From a virus, in the IMG/VR virus record IMGVR_UViG_3300034005_000004, positions 1-62,962 of that record: a DNA stretch of 62,962 nucleotides. The stretch is one strand, 5' to 3'. Under the pieces are notes generated by a model. It made no database searches. It saw only the letters and a list, made by a program, of their open reading frames with translations, and was not told the origin of the DNA. Both the position numbers and the translations under genes were made by a program. This document shows, piece by piece, positions 61,922-62,962 of this stretch. Position 1 is the first letter of the stretch, and each line of letters begins with the position of its first letter.

Positions 61922-62315
61922 CGACGCGCTTTACCGCGCAGAGGTAGACGAGCGAGACGCGGCTGACCCCGAAGAGGTCAGGGCAATAGAGCTAGAGCTT
62001 GAGCGCATGGCCGCCGCCTTCAGGCACACGCAGAGCTACGCGGTGACGTTCTACGACGAGCAGGGCAAGGCCGTCTTGCAAGACAGCTTCACCTATAACG
62101 GCAAAGAGAGCAGGCAAGAGTTTCCGATAGCAGCCGTCGGCAATGTTCTCTCCGTCAGCCGTGAAGAGGCGGAGCGGCTGGGCATTAGGACTCATAGCAT
62201 CGCCGTCGTGAGCGATGCGATAAAGAAGCAAGACGCTCTTGCTCAGAAGCGCGCTCAGCGTAAGAGCAGGCCGAAGATGAGGACGATTACATCTACAAGG
62301 AAGGTGAGAGCATGA
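61866..62315 (+). CDS. Hypothetical protein
   Basis: 149-aa ORF. Confidence 0.55.
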   Translation: MDKQETRRAALRVLSRLIDDALYRAEVDERDAADPEEVRAIELELERMAAAFRHTQSYAVTFYDEQGKAVLQDSFTYNGKESRQEFPIAAVGNVLSVSREEAERLGIRTHSIAVVSDAIKKQDALAQKRAQRKSRPKMRTITSTRKVRA

Positions 62316-62482
62316 AGGAGGACGACGAATATGCGGCAAACGAAGGGCGCGAGTTCTTGCCCTTGATTCTTGAAGGAGAAGCTCTTGAGATCGACCTTGA
62401 AGAGAAAGACGATTGGGAAATCATTACTTGGCTTGAAGAGTTAGGCTACAGATGGAACGGCGGAAGCTGGATCGCAGCCTAA
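62312..62482 (+). CDS. Small acidic hypothetical protein (56 aa)
   Basis: ATGA overlap with the upstream gene; below the track cut-off. Confidence 0.45.
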   Translation: MKEDDEYAANEGREFLPLILEGEALEIDLEEKDDWEIITWLEELGYRWNGGSWIAA

Positions 62483-62496
62483 CACGGAGTTACAGC

Positions 62497-62784
62497 ATGT
62501 CACTCAAGCAATCAATCGAGCAGTTAGGCGTCGAGATACTGGCGAACGGAGACGAGCAGCGCGTTATGCTCCGCTGCTCGGACCGCCGCGTGCTGTCTCT
62601 TGCCCTTGCCATGATCGCAGGGCAGCTATCAATAGCCGCGCCCGAGATCCGCGTATGCACGATAGATCATAGGTACAGGGCTGCTACATACCCCAGGGAG
62701 CATTACGAAGCATTGCTTGATCATCTCTGGGAAGGCGAATACCCTGCAAGCATCTCCGTGCTATTGCAGGGTATTCGCAGGTAG
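62497..62784 (+). CDS. Hypothetical protein
   Basis: ATG 62497, in frame with track ORF 62452. Confidence 0.55.
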   Translation: MSLKQSIEQLGVEILANGDEQRVMLRCSDRRVLSLALAMIAGQLSIAAPEIRVCTIDHRYRAATYPREHYEALLDHLWEGEYPASISVLLQGIRR

Positions 62785-62837
62785 CGTCCGATAATCCCGC
62801 TGCTTGGCATATTTGATATTTGAAAGAGGGGGTAAAA

Positions 62838-62962
62838 GTAGCCGTTCTCGTCTGCGGGATCCGGCAGACATTCAGGGCTACGCTCGAGGGTAGACGTTAA
62901 TAGCTACGCGGGATCTCTGCGCGGCTGAGCTTGCCCGCGCGGGCCGGCGCAGTTGCTTTTGG
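62838..62962 (+). repeat. Intergenic repeat cassette, copy A (left part); 62900-62962 duplicates 1-63
   Basis: 62864-62899 equals 40853-40888; the terminal 63 nt are identical to the window start. Confidence 0.9.

Overview
The window is essentially one complete tailed-phage genome of about 62.9 kb with siphovirus-type architecture. Bases 1-63 recur exactly at 62900-62962, so it looks closed on itself, but that junction lies inside a repeat present three times.

Layout:
- 203-3579: a near-consensus sigma70 promoter followed by small early genes.
- 4551-15758: packaging and head genes, namely a small-terminase candidate, terL, portal, a Mu-F/SPP1-gp7-like protein and an 851-aa protease-scaffold-capsid fusion.
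- 15977-35771: connector and tail genes, including a chaperone pair with an A_AAA_AAG -1 frameshift, a 973-aa tape measure, a 1698-aa central tail protein and a 1248-aa beta-helix tail fibre.
- 35996-40765: an accessory/lysis block with three different DNA methyltransferase families, a stand-alone CHASE3 sensor, a DUF5675/YkuD-like protein and small membrane proteins.
- 41032-62784: a second arm. It carries a secreted beta-helix enzyme, an SF2 helicase, a TPR protein, a divergent HTH switch with operator repeats, an initiator gene with internal iterons, and PP-loop, radical-SAM, PD-(D/E)XK and DUF5131 enzymes.

I saw no integrase, DNA polymerase, tRNA, reverse transcriptase or CRISPR array.

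Most unusual observations:
1. Three paralogous small ORFs consist almost entirely of G-H-T-x-x-G hexapeptide repeats. Each sits behind its own extended -10, each appears leaderless, and each points against the surrounding operon. A fourth, secreted Cys-rich peptide starts with the same unit.
2. A cassette of about 210 bp, dense in palindromes, is present three times at module boundaries, once inverted.
3. About 690 bp of hairpin-rich non-coding sequence lies in the middle of the head module.
4. There is a cluster of putative nucleic-acid-modifying enzymes.

All family assignments rest on motifs read by eye and recalled family signatures; no database search was run.
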